Of a DNA stretch of 32,000 nucleotides, positions 1 to 12,849 are shown piece after piece. Positions within the stretch are counted from its first letter, which is position 1; every line of letters starts with the position of its first letter. Position numbers and translations under genes: made by a program. This DNA is from Geobacter metallireducens GS-15 (GTDB lineage Bacteria > Desulfobacterota > Desulfuromonadia > Geobacterales > Geobacteraceae): positions 1,980,001-2,012,000 of the forward strand of contig NC_007517.1 of NCBI RefSeq assembly GCF_000012925.1, in the 5' to 3' direction. Under the pieces are notes generated by a model. That model worked only from the letters and a program-made list of their open reading frames with translations. It searched no databases and had not been told where the DNA came from.

Positions 1-316
1 TGACAAGAGAAAGAAGAAATTCGCCTGCATGATTGAAGGCATTCAGGTATTCAGTCTGTTTCTTGTCGAGGGGGGTTTCGCGGAGCAATTCGACGGCACC
101 GGTCAGCATTTGTATTTGAGAGCGGATTTCATGACTCACCAGGGCGAGAAGATCTTCTTTTGAGTGGCAGGCAGCTTCGGCTGAAACCTTGGCTCGCTTG
201 AGATCCCGTTCGATATTTTTCCTCTCGGCCAGTTCCGCCTTCAATTCGACGAGAAGATGTTCGAGTTCAACGATTCGATCGGCATCCGTTACGGCTGTCG
301 TTCCGGTCTGGGTCAC
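1..316 (-). CDS. sensor histidine kinase, N-terminal part (gene runs off the window start)
   Basis: Reverse-strand frame starts at GTG (316-314) preceded by a GAGGA Shine-Dalgarno. It translates to MTQTGTTAVTDADRIVELEHLLVELKAELAERKNIERDLKRAKVSAEAACHSKEDLLALVSHEIRSQIQMLTGAVELLRETPLDKKQTEYLNAF, a coiled coil followed by a HisKA H-box (SHEIR). It is absent from the ORF track because it is truncated by the window edge. Confidence 0.6.
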   Translation of the reverse strand, partial: MTQTGTTAVTDADRIVELEHLLVELKAELAERKNIERDLKRAKVSAEAACHSKEDLLALVSHEIRSQIQMLTGAVELLRETPLDKKQTEYLNAFNHAGEFLLSLV

Positions 317-566
317 GGTCGGTGTTCCTCTCGACGCACTGTATTTAGCTTGTAATGGATGAGCCGGCTCTTTATGCCGGTGGCAGCAAATCGCCAAATC
401 AATAATGACGCCTAATCTTGACATTTGTATATCACAGCTCCAGGGGCTCGGCAATCGCAGAAGTGGCGGAGAATTAATGCTGGATGTATCCGGAGAATAC
501 CCTTTACAAAATCTCCCTCTTTCGGCTATTGTTCTACGGTTACACTCATTTAACGACAAGGTGTCT

Positions 567-2366
567 ATGAAGATCGAAAATATCCGCAATTTTTCAATAA
601 TTGCTCATATCGACCACGGCAAGTCCACCCTTGCAGACCGGCTCCTGGAGTATACCGGTGCCCTTTCCGAGCGAGAGAGGCAGGATCAGTTCCTCGACAA
701 GATGGATCTGGAGCGGGAGCGCGGGATAACCATCAAGGCCCAGACCGTCCGCCTGAATTACCGGGCCGACGACGGGAAGGATTACGTGCTGAACCTGATC
801 GATACGCCGGGACATGTGGACTTCACCTACGAAGTTTCCCGCTCTCTCGCTGCCTGCGAGGGGGGACTTCTGGTGGTGGATGCCTCTCAGGGGGTTGAGG
901 CCCAGACCCTCGCCAATGTCTATCTGGCCATCGACAACAACCTTGAGGTCTTTCCCGTTCTGAACAAAATCGACCTCCCGGCGGCGGAACCGGAGCGGGT
1001 CAAGCACGAGATCGAGGAGATCATCGGCCTGGACGCCCACGATGCGGTGCTTGCCAGCGCCAAAGAAGGGATCGGGACCCGGGAGATCCTGGAAGAGATC
1101 GTAAAAAAGATCCCTCCCCCGGAGGGAGACCCGGCCGCGCCGCTCAAGGCTCTGCTCTTTGATTCGTGGTATGACCAGTACCAGGGAGTCATTATTCTGG
1201 CGAGGCTCATCGATGGCATCCTCAAGAAGGGTGATAAGATCCAGCTCGTCTCCACCGGACGTAGCTACGAGGCCCTTAAAGTTGGTGTTTTCGCCCCGGT
1301 GATGCGGGAGGTGCCCCAGTTGTCGGCCGGTGAGGTCGGCTTTGTCATTGCCGGCATCAAGGACGTTGCCGACGCCAAGATCGGCGATACCGTCACCCAT
1401 ACCCTCAAGCCCTGTACGACCCCCCTCGGCGGTTTCAAGGAAGTGAAGCCCATGGTCTTCTCGGGGCTCTACCCCATCGACACTTCGCAATACGAACAGC
1501 TTCGCGATGCGTTGGCCAAACTCAAACTCAATGATTCCTCCTTCTCCTACGAGCCGGAGACATCACTGGCGCTGGGATTCGGCTTCCGGTGCGGCTTTCT
1601 GGGGCTTCTCCACATGGAGATCATCCAGGAGCGGCTGGAGCGGGAGTTCAATCTCGACCTCATCACCACCGCGCCAACGGTCGTTTACAGGGTCCACCGG
1701 ATCAAAGGCGACATGATCTCCATCGAGAGTGCCAACCAACTCCCCCCGACCCAGGAGATCGACTATGTAGAGGAGCCGTTCATCCTTGCCTCCATCCACA
1801 CCCCCAATGAGTTCGTCGGCGGAATTCTTGCCCTGTGCGAGGAGAAGCGCGGGGTGCAGCGGGAGATCAAGTACCTGACCCCGACGCGGGTCATGATCAT
1901 CTACGAACTCCCCCTGAACGAGGTGGTGCTCGATTTTTACGACCGGCTCAAGTCCATCACCAAGGGGTATGCCTCCCTTGATTACGAACATCTGGACTAT
2001 CGCCGGAGCGAGCTCGTGCGGATGAACATTATGATCAACGGCGAAGTGGTGGACGCACTCTCACTCATCATTCACAGGGACAAGGCATACTATCGGGGCC
2101 GTGACCTCGTCTCCAAGATGAAGGAGCTGATCCCCCGCCAGATGTTCGAGGTAGCTATCCAGGCTGCCATTGGCGCAAAGGTCATTGCCCGGGAAACCGT
2201 CAAGGCCCTGCGCAAGGATGTCCTCGCCAAGTGTTATGGCGGCGACATCACCCGCAAGCGGAAACTCCTCGAAAAGCAGAAGGAAGGGAAGAAACGGATG
2301 AAGAACGTGGGAAACGTGGAGTTGCCCCAGGAGGCATTTCTCGCCATTCTCAAGGTGGAAGAGTAA
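567..2366 (+). CDS. lepA: translation elongation factor 4 (LepA/EF4), 599 aa
   Basis: ORF 405..2366. The conserved N-terminus [27 protein letters not shown] begins at ATG 567. GTPase motifs [17 protein letters not shown] and NKID are present, and the LepA C-terminal domain is conserved. The 54 codons upstream are judged a spurious extension. Confidence 0.95.
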   Translation: MKIENIRNFSIIAHIDHGKSTLADRLLEYTGALSERERQDQFLDKMDLERERGITIKAQTVRLNYRADDGKDYVLNLIDTPGHVDFTYEVSRSLAACEGGLLVVDASQGVEAQTLANVYLAIDNNLEVFPVLNKIDLPAAEPERVKHEIEEIIGLDAHDAVLASAKEGIGTREILEEIVKKIPPPEGDPAAPLKALLFDSWYDQYQGVIILARLIDGILKKGDKIQLVSTGRSYEALKVGVFAPVMREVPQLSAGEVGFVIAGIKDVADAKIGDTVTHTLKPCTTPLGGFKEVKPMVFSGLYPIDTSQYEQLRDALAKLKLNDSSFSYEPETSLALGFGFRCGFLGLLHMEIIQERLEREFNLDLITTAPTVVYRVHRIKGDMISIESANQLPPTQEIDYVEEPFILASIHTPNEFVGGILALCEEKRGVQREIKYLTPTRVMIIYELPLNEVVLDFYDRLKSITKGYASLDYEHLDYRRSELVRMNIMINGEVVDALSLIIHRDKAYYRGRDLVSKMKELIPRQMFEVAIQAAIGAKVIARETVKALRKDVLAKCYGGDITRKRKLLEKQKEGKKRMKNVGNVELPQEAFLAILKVEE

Positions 2367-2404
2367 GGGTTTACCCATAGAACATTCACCGAAAAGGAAC
2401 CGCA

Positions 2405-3085
2405 ATGGACTACAAAAATTCTCAATACGGATCGAACAACGCCATGGGCGAAAGGCCGGCAGCAGAGGAGCCGCAGGTCAAGAAAAAGCATATCGTTCGG
2501 GAATATGCCGAGTCGATCATCATCGCTGTTATCCTTGCTCTCATCATCCGTACGTTCGTGGTGCAGGCGTTCAAGATCCCCTCCGGATCCATGGAGGACA
2601 CCCTTGCCATCGGTGATCATATTCTCGTCTGCAAGTTCATCTACGGCACCAAGATTCCCTTTACCGACATGAAAATTGCCCCGATCCGGGAGCCGAAGCG
2701 GGGTGATGTCATTGTATTCGAGTATCCAGAAGATCCGAGCAAGGACTTCATCAAGCGCGTCATCGGTGTTCCTGGTGATGAAATCAGGGTCATTATGAAG
2801 ACGGTTTATGTCAACGGAAAGCCCTACAAGATTCCCCAGGAAGTTCACAAGGAGAACGAAGTTATTGCTGCTGCCCAGAATCCGCGGGACAACTTCGGTC
2901 CCGTCACGGTGCCGGCCGGCTCCTACTTCGTCATGGGTGACAACAGGGACCGCTCCTACGACAGCCGCTTCTGGGGATTCGTGAAAAGCGAGCAGATTAA
3001 GGGACTTGCCTTCATCAAGTATTGGTCGTGGGACCGCGACAATATGCGTGTCCGTTGGAAGAGCATCGGTGACCTGATTCACTGA
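2405..3085 (+). CDS. lepB: signal peptidase I
   Basis: The 226-aa ORF has one N-terminal TM helix, the catalytic Ser box SGSMEDTL, the KRVIGVPGD box and GDNRDRSYDSRFWG. It has the classic position directly downstream of lepA. Confidence 0.93.
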   Translation: MDYKNSQYGSNNAMGERPAAEEPQVKKKHIVREYAESIIIAVILALIIRTFVVQAFKIPSGSMEDTLAIGDHILVCKFIYGTKIPFTDMKIAPIREPKRGDVIVFEYPEDPSKDFIKRVIGVPGDEIRVIMKTVYVNGKPYKIPQEVHKENEVIAAAQNPRDNFGPVTVPAGSYFVMGDNRDRSYDSRFWGFVKSEQIKGLAFIKYWSWDRDNMRVRWKSIGDLIH

Positions 3086-3093
3086 AATTGACC

Positions 3094-3123
3094 TTGACAC
3101 CCTCCGTAACGGGGTGATAAAAT
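3094..3123 (+). promoter_or_regulatory. candidate sigma70-type promoter of the pyr operon
   Basis: TTGACA (3094-3099), an 18-nt spacer, then TAAAAT (3118-3123), in the lepB-pyrR intergenic region. Confidence 0.4.
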
Positions 3124-3169
3124 TCTCCAAATTTTGCTGACAAACAACAGACTTTGCCTTTTAAATTAG

Positions 3170-3847
<678 letters not shown>

Positions 3848-3927
3848 TTTGCGTCGGGGGCAACCCAGGCGGTTACTTTTGACAGGGCAGGCACGGGGCC
3901 TAGCCCTACGCGAGATGGGGGGAAGCG

Positions 3928-4863
3928 ATGGGATTCAAGCACAAGGACATCATAGCGCTGAAAGACCTCAGCAAGGATGAGATTGAACTGCTGATCTCGA
4001 CCGCCGAAAACATGCGGGAGATCAACAGCCGCGATATCAAGAAGGTGCCGACCCTGCGCGGCAAGACCATCATCAATCTGTTCTACGAGTCATCGACCCG
4101 TACCCGTACCTCCTTCGAGATCGCGGGAAAGCGGCTGTCGGCCGACACCGTCAACATTACCGCATCCACGAGTTCGGCAACCAAGGGGGAGACGCTCCTC
4201 GATACCGCAAAAAACCTGGAAGCGATGAAACCGGACATCGTCGTCATGCGCCACGCCGTTTCCGGCTCCCACTACTTCCTGGCCAAACGGCTCTCCTGCT
4301 CCATCATCAACGCCGGTGACGGCGCCCATGAGCACCCCTCCCAGGGGCTTCTCGACATGCTGACCATCAAGGACCGCTACGGCCGGCTTGACGGACTCAA
4401 GGTGGCCATTGTCGGCGATATCACCCATAGCCGGGTGGCACGCTCCGATATCGCAGGTTTCACCATGATGGGATCCCGGGTGTTTCTGGCGGGGCCTCCC
4501 ACCATGATGCCTCCGGGGGTGGAGCGGCTCGGCAACGTCACTGTCTGCGCCACCATGAAGGAAGCGATCCAGGATGCCGACGTAATCATAATGCTCCGCA
4601 TCCAGCAGGAGCGGCAGGGGAAAACCCTGATACCCAATACCCGTGAGTATTCCCGCTATTACGGCCTTAACCCCGAAAACCTCAAGTGGGCGAAGCCCGA
4701 CGCCATGGTCATGCACCCCGGCCCCATCAACCGCGGTGTGGAACTCTCTTCCTACGTGGCGGACGGCGCCAATTCCCACGTTCTCAAACAGGTGGAAAAC
4801 GGCGTGGCGGTGCGGATGGCGATGCTCTATCACGTGAGCGGGGGAACGCTGGTTACGGAGTGA
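3928..4863 (+). CDS. pyrB: aspartate carbamoyltransferase catalytic subunit
   Basis: The 311-aa ORF contains [13 protein letters not shown] and HPGP(I)NRG motifs. Confidence 0.95.
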
Positions 4864-4872
4864 TTCAATGCT

Positions 4873-4929
4873 TGTAGGGGCGAATCTCGCATTCGCCCGA
4901 TTTGGGCGATCACAAGGATCGTCCCTACA
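4873..4929. repeat. nested-palindrome intergenic repeat (REP-like), copy 1
   Basis: Outer stem TGTAGGG/CCCTACA encloses hairpins GGGCGAAT-CTCGC-ATTCGCCC and GGGCGATC-ACAAG-GATCGTCC. The architecture matches the element at 7380-7428. Confidence 0.7.
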
Positions 4930-4948
4930 CCAGGACGCGAGGTGATCC

Positions 4949-6223
4949 ATGAATTTGTTGATACAGGGAGGGCGGGTAATCGACCCGTCGCAGGGAATTG
5001 ATGAAGTGCTCGATATACTCGTCGAGAACGGGGCCGTCAAAGAGCTGGGCAAAGGGGTGAAGGCACCCTCCGGAACCGAAACCATCGACGCTTCCGGCCT
5101 CATCGTAACGCCGGGACTCATCGACATGCACGTTCACCTTCGGGACCCGGGCCACGAGTACAAGGAAGACATCGTCAGCGGCACAAAGGCGGCAGCGGCC
5201 GGCGGGTTCACTTCGGTGGCCTGCATGCCCAACACCAAGCCGGTAAACGACAACAAGGCGGTGACCAGCTACATTATCGCCAAGGCCAAGGCAGAAGGAT
5301 CAGTCAACGTCTTCCCGGTGGGCTCCATCACCCAGGGGTCCAAAGGCGAGCTTCTCTCCGAGATGGGCGAGCTGAAGGAGTCGGGTTGCGTGGCCGTTTC
5401 CGATGACGGGCATCCGGTGACGAACTCGGAGCTCATGCGCCGGGCACTGGAGTATGCCAAGGGAATGGGGATCATGGTCATCTCCCATGCCGAGGACCTG
5501 TCACTGGTGGGGGCAGGGGTCATGAACGAGGGGTTCGTCTCCACTGAGTTGGGCCTCAAGGGGATTCCGTGGGCCGCCGAAGACGCGGCAACCGCCCGCG
5601 ACGTCTACCTGGCCGAGTTCACCGATTCTCCGCTCCACATCGCCCATGTTTCCACCAAGGGGTCCCTCCGCATCATCCGCAATGCCAAGGCTCGGGGCGT
5701 GAAAGTCACCTGCGAAACCGCGCCGCACTATTTCAGCCTTACGGATGATGCGGTGCGGGGGTACGACACCAATGCCAAGATGAACCCGCCGCTTCGCACG
5801 GCCGATGACGTGACAGCGGTAAAGGAGGCATTGAAGGACGGAACCATCGATGCCATCGCCACCGACCATGCTCCCCACCATATCGACGAAAAGGACCTGG
5901 AGTTCAACGAGGCCCTGAACGGCATCGTCGGGTTGGAAACGTCCCTGACGTTGTCACTCCGGTTGGTGGAAGAAGGGGTTTTGACCCTTCCGGTTCTGGT
6001 TGATAAAATGGCATGCAACCCTGCAAAAATCCTCGGGATTGACCGCGGAACCCTGAAGCCTGGCTCTGTTGCCGACATCACCGTCATCGATCCGAAGGCT
6101 ACGTGGACTGTGGATGCCGACAAGCTCGCCAGCAAATCCAAGAACTCTCCCTTCCTCGGGTGGGAGGTGAAGGGGGCCGCGGCGTTCACCATTGTCGGCG
6201 GAAAGGTTGTGTATAAACGTTGA
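4949..6223 (+). CDS. pyrC: dihydroorotase (multifunctional-complex type), 424 aa
   Basis: Amidohydrolase metal-binding motifs [10 protein letters not shown] and ATDHAPH are present, and the gene follows pyrB. Confidence 0.93.
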   Translation: MNLLIQGGRVIDPSQGIDEVLDILVENGAVKELGKGVKAPSGTETIDASGLIVTPGLIDMHVHLRDPGHEYKEDIVSGTKAAAAGGFTSVACMPNTKPVNDNKAVTSYIIAKAKAEGSVNVFPVGSITQGSKGELLSEMGELKESGCVAVSDDGHPVTNSELMRRALEYAKGMGIMVISHAEDLSLVGAGVMNEGFVSTELGLKGIPWAAEDAATARDVYLAEFTDSPLHIAHVSTKGSLRIIRNAKARGVKVTCETAPHYFSLTDDAVRGYDTNAKMNPPLRTADDVTAVKEALKDGTIDAIATDHAPHHIDEKDLEFNEALNGIVGLETSLTLSLRLVEEGVLTLPVLVDKMACNPAKILGIDRGTLKPGSVADITVIDPKATWTVDADKLASKSKNSPFLGWEVKGAAAFTIVGGKVVYKR

Positions 6224-6258
6224 TGGTTGATTCAATATTGCCACACAGGAGTAAGTTC

Positions 6259-7383
6259 ATGAAAGCAGTCCTAGCGCTCGCTGATGGGCGCATTTTTGAA
6301 GGGAAATCGTTCGGAGCCACCGGCGAGGCGACTGGCGAGGTGGTCTTCAATACCGCCATGACCGGCTACCAGGAGGTTTTGACCGATCCCTCCTATCGGG
6401 GGCAGATGGTCACCATGACCTACACCCAGATGGGCAACACCGGCATTAATCCGGAGGATATCGAGAGCAAGCAGCTCTACCTCTCGGGTTTCATCGTCAA
6501 GGAGTACCACGACTGCTACTCCAACTGGCGGGCCACCATGAGCCTAGACGCCTATCTGAAGGAGAACGGCGTGGTGGGGATCCAGGGGCTCGACACCCGG
6601 GCGCTCACCAGACATCTGCGGGACAAGGGGGCCCAGAACGGGATCATCTCTACCGTCGATTTCGACCACGAGAGCCTCGTAAAGAAAGCACGGGCCGTGC
6701 CGAGCATGGCCGGTCTCGACCTCGCCTCCGGCGTCACCTGCGATAAGCCCTACCATTGGACCGAAAAGCTCTGGGACCTGGAGGCAGGGTATAACGCTGC
6801 GAAACAGGAAGACTTGAAGTACAAGGTGGTGGCCTACGATTTCGGCATCAAGTACAACATCCTCCGCTGCCTCGTCTCGGCCGGCTGCGACGTGACTGTT
6901 GTCCCCGCCACCTTCCCGGCGGAGGAGGCCCTGGCCATGAACCCTGACGGTATCTTCCTCAGCAACGGTCCCGGCGATCCGGAGCCCATGACCACCGTCA
7001 TCGAGAACATCAGGAAATTCGTGGGCAAGAAGCCCATCTTCGGCATCTGTCTCGGCCACCAGCTCCTGGGGCTTGCCCTCGGCGGCAAGACTATGAAACT
7101 CAAGTTCGGCAACCACGGCTCCAACCTGCCGGTCATGGATATGGATACCCGGAAGGTTGAAATAACCGCCCAGAACCATGGCTTCTCAGTGGATATTGTG
7201 TCACTGGGACATGCCTGCGAGTTGGCCCACGAGAACCTGAACGATCAGACCGTGGAGGGGATGAAGCACAAGGATCTCCCCATCTTCTCGGTCCAGCACC
7301 ACCCGGAGGCATCGCCCGGTCCCCATGACTCCCACTATCTGTTCGGGCGGTTCGTGGAACTGATGGAGAAACATAAATCGTAG
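6259..7383 (+). CDS. carA: carbamoyl-phosphate synthase small (glutaminase) subunit, 374 aa
   Basis: ORF 6220..7383. CAGGAG SD precedes ATG 6259. The N-terminus MKAVLALADGRIFEGKSFGA is conserved, and the GATase triad context GICLGHQ and HHPE is present. Confidence 0.93.
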   Translation: MKAVLALADGRIFEGKSFGATGEATGEVVFNTAMTGYQEVLTDPSYRGQMVTMTYTQMGNTGINPEDIESKQLYLSGFIVKEYHDCYSNWRATMSLDAYLKENGVVGIQGLDTRALTRHLRDKGAQNGIISTVDFDHESLVKKARAVPSMAGLDLASGVTCDKPYHWTEKLWDLEAGYNAAKQEDLKYKVVAYDFGIKYNILRCLVSAGCDVTVVPATFPAEEALAMNPDGIFLSNGPGDPEPMTTVIENIRKFVGKKPIFGICLGHQLLGLALGGKTMKLKFGNHGSNLPVMDMDTRKVEITAQNHGFSVDIVSLGHACELAHENLNDQTVEGMKHKDLPIFSVQHHPEASPGPHDSHYLFGRFVELMEKHKS

Positions 7384-7428
7384 GGGCGCAATTCGTTGCG
7401 CCCTGAGCGTGATCAATCACGCTCCTAC
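7380..7428. repeat. nested-palindrome intergenic repeat (REP-like), copy 2
   Basis: Outer stem GTAGG/CCTAC encloses GGGCGCAA-TTCG-TTGCGCCC and GAGCGTGAT-CA-ATCACGCTC. It overlaps the carA stop codon. Confidence 0.7.
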
Positions 7429-7434
7429 ACAACC

Positions 7435-8337
7435 ATGCGGTACATAGATCTTTATCAAGCAGGCGAATTGCTGAAGCGGGTCAGGGAGGCTTACGCACGG
7501 CTCCGCTCTTGCGACCTCTGTCCCCACGACTGCCGGGTGAACCGGCTGACCGGTGAGACCGGCGTCTGCCGGGCAGGGTGGCGGCCTCGGATCGCCTCGG
7601 CCAACGTCCACCACGGTGAAGAGCCCCCCATTTCGGGCTCACAGGGGTCGGGGACGATCTTTCTCTCCTGGTGCAGCCTCCACTGCCGGTTCTGCCAGAA
7701 CTTCCCCATCAGCCAACAGGGGAACGGGAGCGATCTGACCACGCTGGAACTGGCGGAGCGGATGCTCGGGCTTCAGAAACGCGGGGTGCACAACATCAAC
7801 TTCGTCACTCCGACCCATTTCCTGCCGCAGATTCTGGCAGCCCTCTGGCTGGCGATCCCCTGCGGGTTCCGGCTCCCCATCGTCTGGAACTCCAGCGGCT
7901 ACGAGAAGATAGATGCCCTCCAACTCTTGGACGGTGTCGTGGACATCTATCTGCCGGACATGAAATACGTGGCGGAAGAGCCGGCGGTCCGGTTCTCCTC
8001 GGCCCCCGGCTACCGGGAGGTGAATCGGCGGGCGGTTGCCGAGATGCTCCGCCAGGTGGGGCACCTGGTGCTGGACGACGAGGGGATCGCGGTGCGCGGT
8101 CTCATCATCCGTCACCTGGTGCTGCCGGAGGGGGCGGCCAGCAGCGGCGAGACCCTGCGCTGGATCGCCGCGAACTTGGGTAGCGAGACCCACATCGCCT
8201 TGATGAACCAGTTTTTCCCGGCTCACCGGGCTGCCGAGACGCCGGGTATCCACCGCAAGGTCACTGACGAGGAGTACGACGAAGCGGTGGAGGCCCTGGA
8301 GGAAGCCGGTCTGGAGAACGGCTGGGTGCAGGATTGA
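7435..8337 (+). CDS. radical SAM protein (PflX / pyruvate-formate-lyase-activase-related family), 300 aa
   Basis: ORF 7396..8337, taking the first ATG at 7435. It has the CxxxCxxC cluster motif CSLHCRFCQN and an N-terminal Cys cluster CDLCPHDCRVNR...GVC. Confidence 0.8.
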   Translation: MRYIDLYQAGELLKRVREAYARLRSCDLCPHDCRVNRLTGETGVCRAGWRPRIASANVHHGEEPPISGSQGSGTIFLSWCSLHCRFCQNFPISQQGNGSDLTTLELAERMLGLQKRGVHNINFVTPTHFLPQILAALWLAIPCGFRLPIVWNSSGYEKIDALQLLDGVVDIYLPDMKYVAEEPAVRFSSAPGYREVNRRAVAEMLRQVGHLVLDDEGIAVRGLIIRHLVLPEGAASSGETLRWIAANLGSETHIALMNQFFPAHRAAETPGIHRKVTDEEYDEAVEALEEAGLENGWVQD

Positions 8338-8338
8338 C

Positions 8339-8668
8339 ATGCGAACGATTGTTTTGCTGGCGCTTTCCAATATCTTCATGACCTTTGCCTGGTATGCGCA
8401 CCTGAAGAACCTGAGGGCCGCCCCCTGGTACATCGCGGTGATCGTGAGCTGGGGAATAGCCTTTTTCGAGTACCTGATCCAGGTGCCGGCCAACCGCATG
8501 GGATACGGCACCTTCAGTCTTGGGCAGCTCAAGATCATGCAGGAGGTCATAACGCTTGCGGTCTTTGTCCCCTTTGCGGTCTACTACATGGGACAGCCCC
8601 TGAAGCTGGACTACCTCTGGGCCGCCTGTTGTCTGGCCGGAGCAGTCTTTTTCATATTTCGCGGATAG
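8339..8668 (+). CDS. small DMT-superfamily / DUF486 membrane protein, 109 aa
   Basis: Four predicted TM helices. The start overlaps the upstream stop context (TGACATG). [23 protein letters not shown] is typical of DUF486. Confidence 0.7.
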   Translation: MRTIVLLALSNIFMTFAWYAHLKNLRAAPWYIAVIVSWGIAFFEYLIQVPANRMGYGTFSLGQLKIMQEVITLAVFVPFAVYYMGQPLKLDYLWAACCLAGAVFFIFRG

Positions 8669-8705
8669 TTACATTCTCGACGATACATATCAGCAAGGAG
8701 TTGCA

Positions 8706-11951
<3,246 letters not shown>

Positions 11952-12015
11952 GCCAGGCGGAGAAGTTGCCGAAGGAGGCTACTCTCCGGAATTCAATCTG
12001 GCGGAATGTACCAAC

Positions 12016-12045
12016 GGGGCGGCCAAACGGCTGCCCCGCGATTTT
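12016..12045 (+). terminator. candidate intrinsic terminator after carB
   Basis: GGGGCGGCC-AAAC-GGCTGCCCC hairpin (12016-12037) is followed by GCGATTTT. Confidence 0.45.
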
Positions 12046-12066
12046 CATAGAGGAGCAGTGAGTACG

Positions 12067-12546
12067 ATGTCCTATTCAGTACCCATGACAAAAGAGAGTT
12101 ACGATTCCCTTCAGGAAGAGCTCAAGCGTCTGATCCGCGAGGAGCGGCCCCGCGTGATCCAGGATATTGCCGAGGCCCGCAGCCACGGCGACCTTTCGGA
12201 GAACGCCGAGTACGACGCCGCCAAGAACCGCCAGGCGTTCATCGAGGGACGCATTCAGGAACTCCAGGGAAAGCTTGCCCGTGCCCACGTGGTTGATCTT
12301 TCCGGCCTGAAGCCCGACAAGGTGGTTTTCGGCGCCACCGTCACCCTCTACGACACCACCAGCGAGGAAGAGGTAACCTACAAGATCGTCGGCGAAGAGG
12401 AGGCCGACATCAAGCTGGGGAAGATCTCGTGCACCTCGCCGGTCGGCAAGGCCCTCATCGGCCACAAGCTCGACGACAGCGTCAAAATCAAGGTGCCGTC
12501 GGGGTCCGTTAAGGAATACGAGATCATCGACATCAAATATATCTGA
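12067..12546 (+). CDS. greA: transcription elongation factor GreA, 159 aa
   Basis: ORF 12058..12546. ATG 12067 gives MSYSVPMTKESYDSLQEELKRL, which aligns with canonical GreA N-termini. The track start at GTG 12058 lies only 2 nt from the SD. Confidence 0.9.
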   Translation: MSYSVPMTKESYDSLQEELKRLIREERPRVIQDIAEARSHGDLSENAEYDAAKNRQAFIEGRIQELQGKLARAHVVDLSGLKPDKVVFGATVTLYDTTSEEEVTYKIVGEEEADIKLGKISCTSPVGKALIGHKLDDSVKIKVPSGSVKEYEIIDIKYI

Positions 12547-12585
12547 TTTTTCGTCACCAACCGTTCAACAAGGAAAGGAAATGCA

Positions 12586-12786
12586 ATGAGCCAGCAATTC
12601 ACCAAGGATATGACGTTCGCCCAAGCCCTCCAGGCCAACCCCGAAGTGGCCAAGGTGCTTCGCAAGTACAATCTCGGCTGCATCGGCTGCATGGGTGCTC
12701 AGAACGAGTCCCTTGAGCAGGGGTGCAGCGCCCATGGTCTCGATGTCAACGAGGTCCTGAAAGACCTGAACGCTATCGGCCAGTAA
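12586..12786 (+). CDS. DUF1858 / hybrid-cluster-protein-associated redox disulfide family protein, 66 aa
   Basis: MTFAQALQANPEVAKVLRKYNLGCIGCMG with a CxxC pair and the usual small size of this family. Confidence 0.65.
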   Translation: MSQQFTKDMTFAQALQANPEVAKVLRKYNLGCIGCMGAQNESLEQGCSAHGLDVNEVLKDLNAIGQ

Positions 12787-12797
12787 ACCTATGCCAC

Positions 12798-12827
12798 AAG
12801 GGCGAAGGGGGAAACCTCTTCGCCCTT
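12798..12827 (+). terminator. stable hairpin after the DUF1858 gene (terminator-like, weak U-tract)
   Basis: AAGGGCGAAG...CTTCGCCCTT stem extended to a GAAA tetraloop. No clear T-run follows. Confidence 0.35.
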
Positions 12828-12849
12828 CGTCTATCCGCAGCGAGGAGCC

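Noticed and set aside
503-532. A possible lepA promoter TTTACA-N18-TATTGT.
   Set aside because: Both hexamers are weak and there is no supporting evidence, so it is not reported as a feature.
405-566. 5' extensions of track ORFs: lepA from 405, pyrR from 3239, carA from 6220, radical SAM from 7396, ppnP from 14753, thioredoxin-membrane gene to 17243, TerC to 19127, integrase to 21070, Rep to 22601.
   Set aside because: Conserved N-termini and good Shine-Dalgarno sequences occur at internal starts. Several extensions overlap neighbouring genes or REP elements, or begin with TTG/GTG lacking an SD.
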